A DNA stretch of 60,311 bases from Octopus bimaculoides (GCF_001194135.2 NC_068991.1:4153724-4214034), one strand, 5' to 3'. Positions 1 through 12,795 are shown, numbered from the stretch's first letter. Notes: generated by a model from the sequence alone, not told the origin. Program-made: numbers and translations.

Positions 1-374
1 TATGGAAACGTAAAAGTTGTAATAATACAATTTAGTTAGGAGCGATAGTAAAATAAAACTGATATATGTGCAAAAAAAAAAAGAGAAAGAAAAATAAACG
101 TTTAATTTTGTTACTTCGAGTTTGTCCGTCCGTTTTTCTAATATGTTGCGTTACGGTATTTATATAAACTATTTGTGCGGCGGATTCTATTAGGTTACAA
201 TTTTCGTCCATTCTTCTTCATCAGCATCCTGGGCTTTTTGTGTTCTTATTTCCTCTATCTTTTTACTCGTCAACTTGTCTTTCCCTCCTTCTTTTTACCA
301 TTTTGCCATCATCACCAGGATCGTCATCATCCTCCAACTGGACATCGTCGTTGTCGTCATCGTCAACATATAGG

Positions 375-456
375 CGCAGGAGTAGGTGTGTGGTAAGTAG
401 GTTGCTTACCAACAACATGAATGGATATGGTAGACGGAAACTGAAAGAAGCCTGTC

Positions 457-516
<60 letters not shown>

Positions 517-720
517 CTGTGTCTGTGTTTTTACCTCGACCATCGCTTCACAACCGATGTTAGTCTGTTTACGTCCCTGTAACTTAGCGGTTCGGCATAA
601 GCACCGATAGAATAAGTACAAGGCTTACAAAGGATAAGTCCAGGGGTCGATTTCTTCGCCCCAAAAAAAGAGGTGCTCCAGCATGGCCACAGTCAAATGA
701 CTGAAACAAGTAAAAAATAG
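375..720 (+). mobile_element. tRNA-derived SINE (family A: head, internal (TA)n(TG)n microsatellite, 3' body); internally deleted copy
   Basis: It begins with the same GGCGCAGGAG...GTGTGGTAAGT head as the copy at 2798. The body GGTAGACGGAAACTGAAAGAAG and the 3' CAGTCAAATGACTGAAACAAGTAAAA recur at about 21.7 kb and 27.2 kb (reverse). Boundaries are approximate. Confidence 0.75.
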
Positions 721-923
721 ATCATGTATATGTGTATATATATACACACACACATATATGCATGGTTTCTGTGTGTTTGTGTGTGCGTACTTCTATCTGT
801 ATGCGTCCGTAGATCTGTACATAAATACAGCGATAGACAGACAGAGAAAAGACGCAAAATGTATTCACGATAAAATTGGCGAATAGAACGTTATCTATTA
901 TTAGTATTATTATTTGTTCTTGC

Positions 924-934
924 AATATGGCGGC
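924..934 (+). promoter_or_regulatory. YY1-like motif AATATGGCGGC in a CpG-rich segment
   Basis: It matches the AAnATGGCGGC consensus. Function is not shown. Confidence 0.3.
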
Positions 935-2797
935 GCGCCGAAGAGAAAGCGCATCGTCATATAAGGAGCGTCTTTCAAATGAACACCGTGAAAATTTGAT
1001 TATGGACGAACGATATAATTAATGTTTGCTCTCTCTAATATCTACCAATCACTCCCACGTTTCGCCACACACAAATAATCATTCGTTTCCTTGTATATTC
1101 ATTTTATTTTTTGCGGTTAAGCTTCACTCTGTTATTTTCTCAGACTCACCCACCCGTCCACTCATACGCTCTCTTTCTCTCTCCCACACACACACAAATA
1201 CACACATTCTCAGCTTGAGTCAATCTATTTATCCTCTCCATTTCTCTTTCTTACCACTATATTTTAAACTCTTACTCTTGTCTGCGCACATTCTCTCGCC
1301 ACGTTGCCCTCTTTATATTCCTTGCACCGTTCACTAAAATGGACGCCGTATTCCAATCTGTATAAACTTTTATTTGGTTTTATAGTCCCCTTTAGTTCAC
1401 CCCCACCACCACGGTCGCTTTTTTCATCTTCTGTTATTCCTTATTCCTCCCTTATCTTTCTCTCATATATATACGTGTGCATGGTTGTATTTGTGTTTGT
1501 GCCCCATAACATCGGCTGAATACTGGTATTCGTTTGTTGACGTTCCCGTCTTAACATACTGGTACCGCAAAATATAGGATAAGTACCAAACGCGAAAAGT
1601 AAATTCCGGGGTTTATTTGTTCGACTAAACCCTTGAAAATATTGCCACAGCTTGGTCGTGGCCCATCCAGTAATAGATAATAGAATGTCTTTATTAGTTC
1701 TCGCTTACTTGTGTTGGCGCTGTAGTTTTTTGTTTCAACCTGGTGCTTCCTTAATAGGTATATTGGTTCCATCTGCTGAGATTGCGTGTATGTCGTGCTG
1801 CTGGTCTGCAAAGGTAGATGAAGGGCTTGGTTTGTTTTTGTTTGCAGCAGAATCCTTTTTACAAAAACACTTCAGACTGGAAACATATTTATGAACACCA
1901 TCCCATCTACTTAGTGTTCGATGTAGCTGCGTTCATATTCTATTATGTTGTGCGAGGGAATATATACAATAGAAGGATAGATATACACATACATAGATAG
2001 ACAGATAGATAGATAGATATATAAATAGATTGATAGATAGATAGATAGATAGACAGATATATAGATAGAAAGAGAGTGAGAGAGAGCGAAAGACGGAAGT
2101 AGGAATACAGATAAATAACTATACGAATGATAAACATAAATGCGTTTATCTATAGGTATATGAATATGTGTATGCATATGTATGTATGTATGTATGCATG
2201 AATATATGTATATATATATTTATATATATATATATATATGTACACANNNNNNNNNNNNNNNNNNNNNNNNNNNNNNNNNNNNNNNNNNNNNNNNNNNNNN
2301 NNNNNNNNNNNNNNNNNNNNNNNNNNNNNNNNNNNNNNNNNNNNNNNNNNNNNNNNNNNNNNNNNNNNNNNNNNNNNNNNNNNNNNNNNNNNNNNNNNNN
2401 NNNNNNNNNNNNNNNNNNNNNNNNNNNNNNNNNNNNNNNNNNNNNNNNNNNNNNNNNNNNNNNNNNNNNNNNNNNNTATGTATGTATGTATGCATGAATA
2501 TATGTATATAAACTATATGTACACAAAGTTAAATATAGAGCATCATGAACGTTTTATAAACGAAGGCAATAGATAAAGTACAGAATGGTCTATACTCTTC
2601 GAATCTGCAGCTTCTGGAGTGGCAAATCTGAGACAAAAGCAGTTGGATAAAGAAAAGAAAATATTGTTCATGAAATTGTAGTGCTACACAAAACGCAAAC
2701 ATCTCTGTATATGTACACATGTATACATATGTATACATATTTATATGTGTGTGTATATGTGTATATGAGCGTGCAAAGTATGTATATTTGTATATAT

Positions 2798-2920
2798 GGC
2801 GCAGGAGAGTGTGTGTGGTAAGTCGCTTGCTTACCAACCACATGGTTCCAGGTTCAGTCCCACTATGTGGCACCTTGCGCAAGTGACTCCTACTATAGCC
2901 TCAGGCCGACCGAAGCTTTA
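2798..2920 (+). mobile_element. SINE family A tRNA-like head (Pol III A/B boxes)
   Basis: An A-box-like TGTGTGGTAAG and a B-box-like GGTTCAGTCCC lie at tRNA-like spacing. The same head recurs at about 6653, 21233, 30750 and 34061. Confidence 0.75.
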
Positions 2921-2921
2921 T

Positions 2922-3150
2922 TTCTTTATTGCCCACAAGGGGCTAAAACATAGAAGGGACAAACAAAGACAGACAAAGGGATTAAGTCGATTACATCGAT
3001 CCTCAGTGCGTAACTGGTACTTAATTTATCGACCCCGAAAGGATAAAATCAAAGTCGACCTCGGTGGAATTTGAACTCAGAACGTAACGGCAAACTAAAC
3101 ACCGCGAAGCGTTTCATCTGGCGTGCTAACGCTTCTGCCAGCTCGTCGCC
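2922..3150 (-). mobile_element. tRNA-derived SINE (family B)
   Basis: It contains AACTGGTACTTAATTTATCGACCCCGAAAGGAT...GGAATTTGAACTCAGAACG, which is the reverse of a B-box GAGTTCAAATTCC. Near-identical copies occur at about 4205, 38291, 38517, 43130 and 45410. Confidence 0.8.
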
Positions 3151-4204
3151 CAAATTACAAATAATGCAATAAAAACATGCAACAACAACAAATAAGAAAG
3201 AACATCGGTGATATATCTGTCATACGTGAATCAATATGCATTTTTCCAAACCCTCGTCCCACGTCTTTGCAATATTCGAAGTCTATCGACCGTCATTTCC
3301 TTATATGAATTTCAAGCGCTCTAAAATATTATAAGTTCTTTGAAAAGTTCTCGAGCAACTAAGTTTTGACTGTAGTCATTTCACCTCAGTTGAATTTGTC
3401 TAAGAGTGCAAATGAAACAGAGCTCTGTTTAAATTCGTGACCTAAAATATATATTTAGGTGAAAGAAACAGTTATGTTCTTAAAACTAATGTAAAAAAAG
3501 TCATATTTGATATTATCATTATCCATTAAATTTGAAAACCATTTTCACATATATGAAAAAAATAAAGACTATATTTTGAATGCGTATAATATTTTCCTGT
3601 CTACACATATAAATATAATTTAATAACAATAATTTCTTTCAAAACTAATCAAAAACAAAAATTAAAATTACATTTAAATGAGGCAGAATTGTTGTATGAA
3701 TAAGATAAAGACTGCAACCGAAGGAACATGATTCGGCGCCTGCTTATCATTGTGTTATTATCTAATTTCTGCAGGGCGGCGATCTGGCAGAATGTTTAGA
3801 GCGACGGATAAAAAAACCGGAATATCTTCTCATCGATTTTCTTGTTGTATTATCTCTATTCATCTGAAGGCGGTGAACTGACAGAATTGTTAGAAAAACG
3901 GACAAAAATGCTTAGCGGTTCTTTTTTATTTTGAGTTCAAATTCAGCTGAGGTCAGCTTTTTGTTTTCATCCTTTTGGAGTCAATAAATTACAGGTCCAT
4001 AACGAAGCCGATCTAGTTGACATACCCCTCCACTCAAAATTGGTAGAATGTGCTAACGTTATAAAGAATCATTTAATATAACAAGATACTATAGTGCATT
4101 GCAGTTTATTTGTTAAGAGTATTGAGGTTTTTCTCTTATTCTAATCTAAAGTGGAACGGCCGCGCTCAAATTCATCTTAACACACTAAAGATGGAGCGTT
4201 TCAA

Positions 4205-4345
4205 AGGACTCCATTACGCAACTGGTACTTAATTTATCGACTCCGAAAGGATGAAAGGCAAAGTCGACCTAGCCGGAATTTGAACTCAGAACGTAAAGAC
4301 AGACGAAATAACACTAAGCATTTTCCCCGGCGTGTTTACGTTTCT
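4205..4345 (-). mobile_element. SINE family B copy (partial)
   Basis: Direct sequence similarity to 2922-3150. Confidence 0.75.
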
Positions 4346-5788
4346 GATAGTAAAATAGTATCTTATCAAAACTGTCAAAAAAGCTTCAAAAACTGTTACC
4401 AAAAGATTCACGCGACCGTTCATTCATCAGACGGTTGTGAAAGTACAGTATTTTCACAATTGCCTGACGAGCAGTCACAGAGAACTCAGATTTTTCAGCT
4501 TTAATAAAATAGCATATGTATATATATGCGCGCAGTCAATTACAAACATGCATATATGTATAAAGATATATTCATATAGATATCACAGCTATAGAACGAA
4601 AAATAATACATATCGTAAGCTAGTAAAATGAGCGAGAGAACGAGATATCAAAGTTAGAGAGGGAAAAGAGAGTGACAGACCAGTTTAATCATGCCTTAAG
4701 ATAAAACTGCACTATAATGAAGAGGTGAAATACATTGGTTCCTATGTCCGTAAATGACCTTTACCTATGAAGCTAACTATGTCTTTTCCTTCGGCATGGA
4801 AATTAACTGCAGAAATGTATTCTTAGTTTCTTAAAATAGCTCCCATACACTTTCAGACTTACAAACAATTGTCATTAACAAATGCCGCTGGGGTTAGAGG
4901 CTTTTGTTTTCCTGTGTCGTATTTAGGGGGAATTTACGATAAATTACAAATATATTGTTTATCGCATCTTACAATATTGGTCATTAACAATCTTGCACAA
5001 ACACATGCATACATACATGCACACAGACAGACACACACACACAAACACACTTCTCTGACATACAGCAATCTATTTTCAAAAGCATGAGACAAATACATAC
5101 AATATGACCAAGAAAGAAAGGCTGAAGTTGGTTGAATGGATGAGTTTCAAACATTTTCACAAGACTGTAAAAGTATTTTTGCCTGTGGTTGCATCTTATA
5201 ACTCTCTAAGAGTTTATCTGCACATATTAAAATACTTAGGGTTTCCTTGGAACAGTGATTGCAAGACCTTAAAGACATATTACATGGATATGCATTTTTT
5301 ATTGCCATCCATGTGATGTATTGCACTCTGTTTTCCTTAAGAGACAAGTAAACAGTTGATGAATACTGAAATGGTCGGTCTTCACTACTTTATCGCTTTA
5401 TTATCTGTAAATGCTTCATTTTATTCTTCAGTCTGTTTTGAACTTTCTTCCTTATAATCTGACCATTGAGACAGAATGGTAATTTATAGCCAACCTGTTG
5501 CCAATTTTTCCTCCTGATGAAGGAAATCAGTCTCAAAGCAATCTTTCTATGCAACCATCTACTGGTTGCATATCCATGACTTTTTTGCACATTCCATCTG
5601 CTAATTATTAACATTCCAACTATTACATAATTCTGAGCTCCCAGAAACAGCTGCTGAGTTAAAAAATTATGCATTCTACCCTTAGTTTTGTGTAGTTTTT
5701 ATACTGTGTGTAAAAGTAAATTTATTTATCAATATATATAAATATCTAAATGCTTGTGCAGACGTATTTATCTTTTGAATATATTTTT

Positions 5789-5840
<52 letters not shown>

Positions 5841-6652
5841 TACATACACATATAGAGATACAGACACATACATACACACACGCATGCATATATAGACACA
5901 CACACACATAAACATGTATACACATATATACATTTCAAATCTAGATGTTTAGAAATTTTAGTTCATTTGCTTCAATGAAAGGGAAAGAAAGTAATTAGTA
6001 AATTTGTCTTTTTAATGTTTCACACAATCAGCATGAACTAAAATATGGGAAAAAAATTCCATAACCAGAAATAAGTATTACAAGAAACATAGTGTGTGTA
6101 TCTGTATGTATGCATGCACGTGTGTGTTTAAAAGCTTTCCAAAAATAGGTAAATAGGTACTGAATGCAATAAATCAATAACCATTCAAGTGAACAGTTGA
6201 ACAGCAAGAATATAATTAACATTATATAATGGGAAGTAAAAAACAAGACAAAAACAAACAAAAACCAATTCTCTCTGGGTGTATGTACTTGGCAATGTTC
6301 ATTGTCATCAATACAATGACCTGAACCGATAGCAATCATTAAGAATTGTACTACCAATTCACAACTACTCACTGAAACAAGTTTACCTTTTCACACAAAC
6401 AGTAATTAAAGATGGTCTGTTTGTTTTATGTTTGTTAATTTTTGTTGTTGTTGTTGTTTTAAGTTAGCTCAGGCCTCAAGGTCAGTAATGTCACATTGAA
6501 GCAAACACCATCAATATTCTGATACATTCATATGTTTTTGACTAGACTCAAATTTTCTTAAGGATTAAGTTATTAATGAGTAATAGCAAACTGTTTGGGG
6601 ATAGCTTTCAACATTTTTTTTTTTTTTTTGCTTTTTCCTAACAATTTCAGGT

Positions 6653-7040
6653 GCAGGTATGGCTTTACAGTTATTAAGTCTGCTTCCCAATCACATGATT
6701 TTGAGTTCAGTCCCATTGTGTGGCACTTTGGGCAAGTGTCTTCTACTTTAGTTCTAGACTAACCAAAGCCTTGCACATGGGTTTGGTTTCAAACAGAAAC
6801 TAAAAGAAGACTGTCATGTGTATGTGTGTCCTTGTTTTGACATTGTGTCTCTCTAAGTGTATGTTCTTCATTTTCAAACTTCCATGAAAACATGCTCAAC
6901 CAAGGTGAAGCATTATCGTACTTAGAAACAAGTGAGAATTGGTAACATGAAAAAGTGAATGCTAAAATGGTGTTTCTAATTTAGGCACACAACCAGCATT
7001 TTAGAGGGATGGAGTTAGCTAATTATATTGATCCCCCAAA
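6653..7040 (+). mobile_element. SINE family A copy, CpG-decayed
   Basis: The head GAGTTCAGTCCCATTGTGTGGCACTTTGGGCAAGTGTCTTCTAC and the body GAAACTAAAAGAAG match the other family A copies. CpGs are converted to TpG/CpA. Confidence 0.7.
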
Positions 7041-8010
7041 GAGAAGTTATATTTTCTTTTTCATTTCCAGACCATACAGGGAATTCTGACCAGCAGCCAT
7101 AAAATCTACTATCTAATTCCAGCTACTTATTGAAATATATATGAATGAAGAAACAACCTACTGCTGGAACTAATAGAAGACATTATCATTAACTATCTAT
7201 AAACAGAGAATATTTTACTAAACTTACATTGGGATCTACATAAGCCTAATAATTTCAAGATACATATCTGGAGAAAGAAAAGTGCTAAACTACCAAAAAA
7301 TGGATTCTGAAACAATCAGACAGAATTCAACAAAATTAATGATTGACAGACTATACAATATTACCCCCAGACCATACCAGAATATAACTATGTCAAACAT
7401 ACAAGTCCTCCCTAATACCAACATCACCACAATGCAACTGAATAACAACTTTTTCACTGCCCTATGTCTGTTCAACTGAAGATAACCAAACAACAATGCA
7501 AACATTGATTACACATGATTCCCATACACTTTAGCATTGAATGAAGAAAGGAAAAAAGTGTGAGGGGGAGGAGTGAGAGAAAACCTCGAAGTGAATCATT
7601 CAAGGAATTTAAGACAGTTTAACGAGTTAACACACAGATGAGAGTAGGCAGTTTTATTGTTGACAGTGATGAGTTGATGAAGTAATTGTCAACGGTTGTT
7701 AGATTACAACCACTCAAAATACCTAATAGACTAATTCAGAAAATAGAGAGGCAGAGGTCAAGTACATGGGTATTTCTGCAGAGCCATTTTAGAGCACAGA
7801 AAAATGATGAAAACTTTAGCTATTTGAGTAGTGTAGTGTCAAGGTCAATAAGAAAGGTCAAAAGTTAATAGCTTTATAACTTGAAATGTTAGCAGAATCA
7901 AGACTCTCCTATGCAAACAATGTAAAATATTTTGAAAATAAGTGAAAATAATTAGAATACAATCTGCTAACAAAAGAACACAAACATATATGTTACACAT
8001 TTTTATAAAT

Positions 8011-8225
8011 TAACCCACTTAAGGCTGCCCATTGATTCTATGAGATATACTGTCTGTTTTGAAGTAATCTAAATTAAAATCTTCCATCAAAATTATATGT
8101 TAATTTATGTTCCAAAAACCAGTTTGATAATGACGTAGTTACTTAACTAAATTTTTCATTATTTAAAAAATTAGTTGGAACAAAGGCAGTGTATTTCAAC
8201 AGAAATATGGTTACAAAAAGGTTAA
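8011..8225. mobile_element. piggyBac-type TTAA MITE, degenerate copy of the family at 29947-30167
   Basis: It starts at TTAACCC and ends GAAATATGGTTACAAAAAGGTTAA. Internal similarity (ATTAAAATCTTCCA, CTAAATT) to 29947-30167 and 16222-16431. Confidence 0.6.
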
Positions 8226-9047
8226 ACTTATTTTTACCATGGCCTAATTTAATTAGCACATCCTTTCAGAATTAAAAGATGGGTAGGACATGTATTAATT
8301 AGCTTGATTGGTATAATTTAAAATAGAGTTTAGCTAGGCTGATATATGATAACTATTAATAACAGTGGTTGAGGAGATAATGACAATGATGGCAGTTGTA
8401 GTAGAAATGATGATATGCAAATGAGGAAAGTGGTGGGAGACAAAGCAAAAAACAGAAAGTAGAGAAAGACTTAAATTGGATATCGTTTACAAACATTTTC
8501 TTCTTTCTCATAATAAATAAACATTTAGTGATTTGCTATCAATAGTTTTGTGATTTCTACTCAGAAAATGTTGAGGAGTTCTTTAATGATAAATTGTATA
8601 AGTGAGACTTAGAATTTTTTTTTTTTTTTTTAATTGTAATAAACTTACTAATGACAACTTTCCTTTCTCTTTTGATCTTTAAAAGATCAATAAAATGTGG
8701 GTCAGAGCAAGATCTTTCAACACATTCTGCAATCTGACAGAAAGCCCATAGATGGATGGAGCCTATTGGTAAACAGTCTTACCAGATTTGTGTGCCAAAT
8801 ATGATTACATGCTTTGCTGATGTTAAGTAGGAACAACACTATTAGAAAATTACTATTTTTAAATCTCACAACGAGAGATATTCAGCAACAGTACTTTGGA
8901 ATAAAGATTGTTTGCCAACATAACATGGCAGTCCTGGTTTGGGACGAATGTTGCTGTAATTTAGCCCCAGATCACTGACTAGTTGTCACTTTGAAAACTA
9001 TATTTCAAACAGGAATTTGGCAGCGCCACCTCTAACCAAACAATTAT

Positions 9048-9092
9048 TATGTGCTGATGAAGAGAAATAACCCAGAAATCGCAATACACAGG
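9048..9092 (+). ncRNA. Type I hammerhead ribozyme motif, copy 1
   Basis: TATGTG-CTGATGA-AGAGAAATAACCCA-GAAA-TCGCAA-TA-CACAGG gives core CUGAUGA/GAAA, stem I TGTG/CACA extended by AAACAAT/ATTGTTT, and an AUA cleavage triplet. Confidence 0.65.
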
Positions 9093-9399
9093 TATTGTTT
9101 TGAGCTGAGTGGGGGTGCTAGATTCACTTGTTCGAAAATATAAGAACACAGATCGTGTCATATAGCCAGCTGGAGACAATGTCTCCTGGGGCTAAATTAC
9201 AGCAACATTCGTCCTCAGCTAGGACTGCCATGTTATATTGGCAAACAATCTTTACTCCAAAGTACTGTTGCTGAATATCTCTCATTGTGAGATCTAAAAA
9301 TAGTAATCTTCTAATTTATAGATCAGTGACTAGTTGTCACTTTGAAAACATATATTTTGAACAAGAATTTGGCAGCACCACCTCTAGCCAAACAATTAT

Positions 9400-9444
9400 T
9401 CTGTGCTGATGAAGGGAAATAATCCAGAAATCGTGATACACAGA
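9400..9444 (+). ncRNA. Type I hammerhead ribozyme motif, copy 2
   Basis: TCTGTG-CTGATGA-AGGGAAATAATCCA-GAAA-TCGTGA-TA-CACAGA gives a perfect 6-bp stem I (TCTGTG/CACAGA), a short stem II, and a near-palindromic stem III ATCGTGAT. Confidence 0.7.
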
Positions 9445-10303
9445 TATTCTTTGAGTTGAGTAGGGGTGCTAGATTCCCTTGTTTGAAAATATAAGAACAC
9501 AGATCATGTCGTATAGCCAGCTGGAGATGATGTCTCCTGGGGCTAAATCACAGCAACATTTGTCCTAAACCAGGACTGCCATGTTATATTGGCAAACAAT
9601 CTTTACTCGAAGAACACTATTTCCACCAAATTTCTTGAGGATAATGGCCCACAGGAGAGTAGGTCATCAGTAAATCTGAACTTACAAAGGTTGTTCTGGT
9701 GGTCATTAAGAAGGAAGAAGGGCTTGAGGAGAAAATCACTAATGAGTGTATCACTGTTAAGACTTAAGGTGCTCTTGTCCCCAAATATTGGAATAGGTCC
9801 CTATAAAGAGAAATACTGAAGAGCTTGAGGAGGACAAAGGCTAACTTTAAGGTGCATTGTCTGAGGTGAATGGATGGATAGTCAGAACTAATGACATTGG
9901 TGATTTAAAGCAACGGTCAACGACCTAGGTGCTAGCACTCGCCGATGAGCAATCAACTGGCCACAGTGAGGGGTTTGGCCCTTTGGAGGCAATGGATGGG
10001 CATTGAGCCTCAGAGCAGTTGATAAGCATTTGACTTGATACCCATAACTTTCAAATAATGGTAGAACTAGCCATGAGCACATCAAGACTAATTCACCATT
10101 TCACTAAAAATGATAATTATGAGTAAGTTGGCATAGAGCAGTAATGTCAGCCAAAGAAATCAATTGTGTTAGCAGTATGAAAAATAACAGGTTTACTGAT
10201 GAAGAGTGAAGCATTTTTACTTCTCTTCAATGTGCCCACTTGAACTAAAGTTGTAACAGAAACAACTATGATAAGAGAAATGAAAGACAAATATGTATTC
10301 TCG

Positions 10304-10529
10304 GGCGTGGCCGTTGCCAGTACCACCTGACTGGCCTTTGTGCGGGTGACACGTAAAAGCACCCACTACACTGAGTGGTTGGCGTTAGGAAGGGCATCCA
10401 GCTGTAGAAACTCTGCCAAATCAGATTGTAGCCTGGTGTTGCCATCCGGTTTCACCAGTCCTCAGTCAAATCGTCCAGCCCATGCTAGCATGGAAAGCAG
10501 ACGTTAAACGATGATGATGATAATGATGA
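10304..10529 (+). mobile_element. Young retroposon 3' end (family C; SINE or RTE-LINE tail) ending in (GAT)n
   Basis: CACGTAAAAGCACCCACTACAC...GGAAGGGCATCCAGCTGTAGAAACTCTGCCAAATC...GACGTTAAACGATGATGATG is nearly identical to 46341-46521 and to the reverse complement of 34226-34560. Confidence 0.8.
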
Positions 10530-10639
10530 CATCAGTTTTACATCATTGTGAATACACCTAGAATTGAATATTGTTTTTTTATAATAATTTTCCCATAAGT
10601 TTCAAAAAGAAATGTTATCTCTCAGTTATTCTCCATTGG

Positions 10640-11815
10640 GTAATACTCAGGATTGTGTAACCATTTAAGCAAAATTCAGTGACAAAAAAGTTAACCTGGT
10701 TGAATATTTCAGGATTTCTAAGAAAAATTTGAAGGAACAAAAAAAAAGGTAGAAGAAACAATTACAATTAATTTTGCTGATATTGACCACTGCTTTTAAC
10801 AGTCTAATAATATTATGCAATATACCACCAATCATACAATATATGACTGCCACAGTTAACCAACTGTATACTATTTGGGAATTATCTGTGATAGCTGTGG
10901 TGGGTGAGTGAGATTTTGTCAGCTGTGGGGTATAAAAATGGAGACAATGTACTGGAAACATTCCTTTAAGTGCCAAAACCATCAAAAGTCACATAGTTGA
11001 AATGGCAGATGACATAAAAGGTCAGTTCAGTGAAAAGTTTGGTGAACAGAATTTTCCATACAGCTAACTGAATCTACTGCTGGTGGTAGTGTTGATTTAC
11101 TAATGGCATGTTTAAGATATTTGGATAATGATGCATTTCAAATGGAAATACTTTTTACCAAAAAATAGAGATAAATACAAAGGCTGACTATGTTTAACCC
11201 TTAACATTCAGATTACTCTGTCAAATGTAATGCTTCTTTATTCACATTGTTTTGAATTAATCATGCATTACCTCATAGCTTTGAGATTTTGATGATGTAA
11301 TAATTTATTTTTAGAATAACATTGTAGGGTAGGTGTGAGTGGCCAGACTTGACCAGTTTGAACATACAGCAGGTAGAATATTTGGGCTGGATATGACCGG
11401 TTTAAATGCTAAAGGGTTAAATGTCCTAAATTTTTGACAGGAAGCAATATTCTCAGTGATAACATTATTATGCAACCAGTGATCTTATGATTGTCAATAT
11501 CAGAGTTTAAAAAGTTCCAAATGCCATTGAGATACATTTGTAATTCATCAAGAACATTTTATCACAAAACAACAGTCCAGACCTGTACCAAACATTTTAC
11601 TTTGCAATGAAGATAAGATTAAAAGTTAAGCAAAATCTTTTAGAATATTCCAACAACTGTGAGCTGAAAATGTGGAAGAATTACACAAGTCATTCCTTCA
11701 AACAAGAATACAATGGCTTTTCAAGAGCAATTGCATGTGCCACCTTGTGAAATTATTTGATTGTGTGCTAAAATTTCTTCAAAGCGAGCACTTAGAATTG
11801 ATGGCAAAAAGTAAC
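10640..11815 (+). pseudogene. Decayed hAT (Buster/Charlie-type) transposase remnant, interrupted by a MITE
   Basis: Hand translation across frameshifts gives VSEILSAVGYKNGDNVLET-IPLSAKTIKSHIVEMADDIK...FSIQL-ESTA...LRYLD, then KVPNAIEIH-VIHQEH (HCxxH motif), RIFQQL*AENVEE and IQWLFKSNCMCHLVKLFDCVLKFLQ (RWLSKG-like). The motifs are in the hAT order. Confidence 0.75.
11198..11416. mobile_element. piggyBac-type MITE with TTAA TSD
   Basis: TTAA at 11194-11197 and at 11417-11420. The termini CCCTTAACATT / AATGCTAAAGGG are an imperfect inverted repeat. Confidence 0.8.
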
Positions 11816-11973
11816 ACTCTCAACATGGTAAGGAATCCCCACCATCATCGAAAATTAATGGCAATCTGCAGCTTCAGGGACAGAATGTGACCCTTATTGA
11901 ATATATTGAACACAGCATTAGACCTTGTGATGACCCAGAACCAAAAATCAATGCATCAACAGTGTCAAAACCA

Positions 11974-12795
<822 letters not shown>

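Larger units (their letters stand above)
8841..9612 (+). mobile_element. Retrozyme-like / Penelope-derived non-autonomous element: inverted 130-bp segment followed by about 1.8 tandem copies of a ~351-bp unit
   Basis: 8969-9319 is repeated at 9320-9612. 8841-8970 is the reverse complement of 9186-9315. Each unit carries a hammerhead core. Confidence 0.75.

Noticed and set aside
2798-2880. tRNA genes at SINE heads
   Set aside because: A/B-box-like motifs are present, but there is no cloverleaf and each continues into a SINE body.
5514-5545. CTGATGAAGGAAATCAGTCTCAAAG hammerhead-like string
   Set aside because: There is no GAAA core partner and no stem I pairing.
5549-5571. 9-bp stem hairpin ATGCAACCA/TGGTTGCAT
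   Set aside because: It is short enough to be expected by chance in 60 kb and has no supporting context.
8969-9612. CRISPR array or prokaryotic system
   Set aside because: There is no short-repeat/spacer periodicity or cas gene. The window is eukaryotic with no operon-like coding density.
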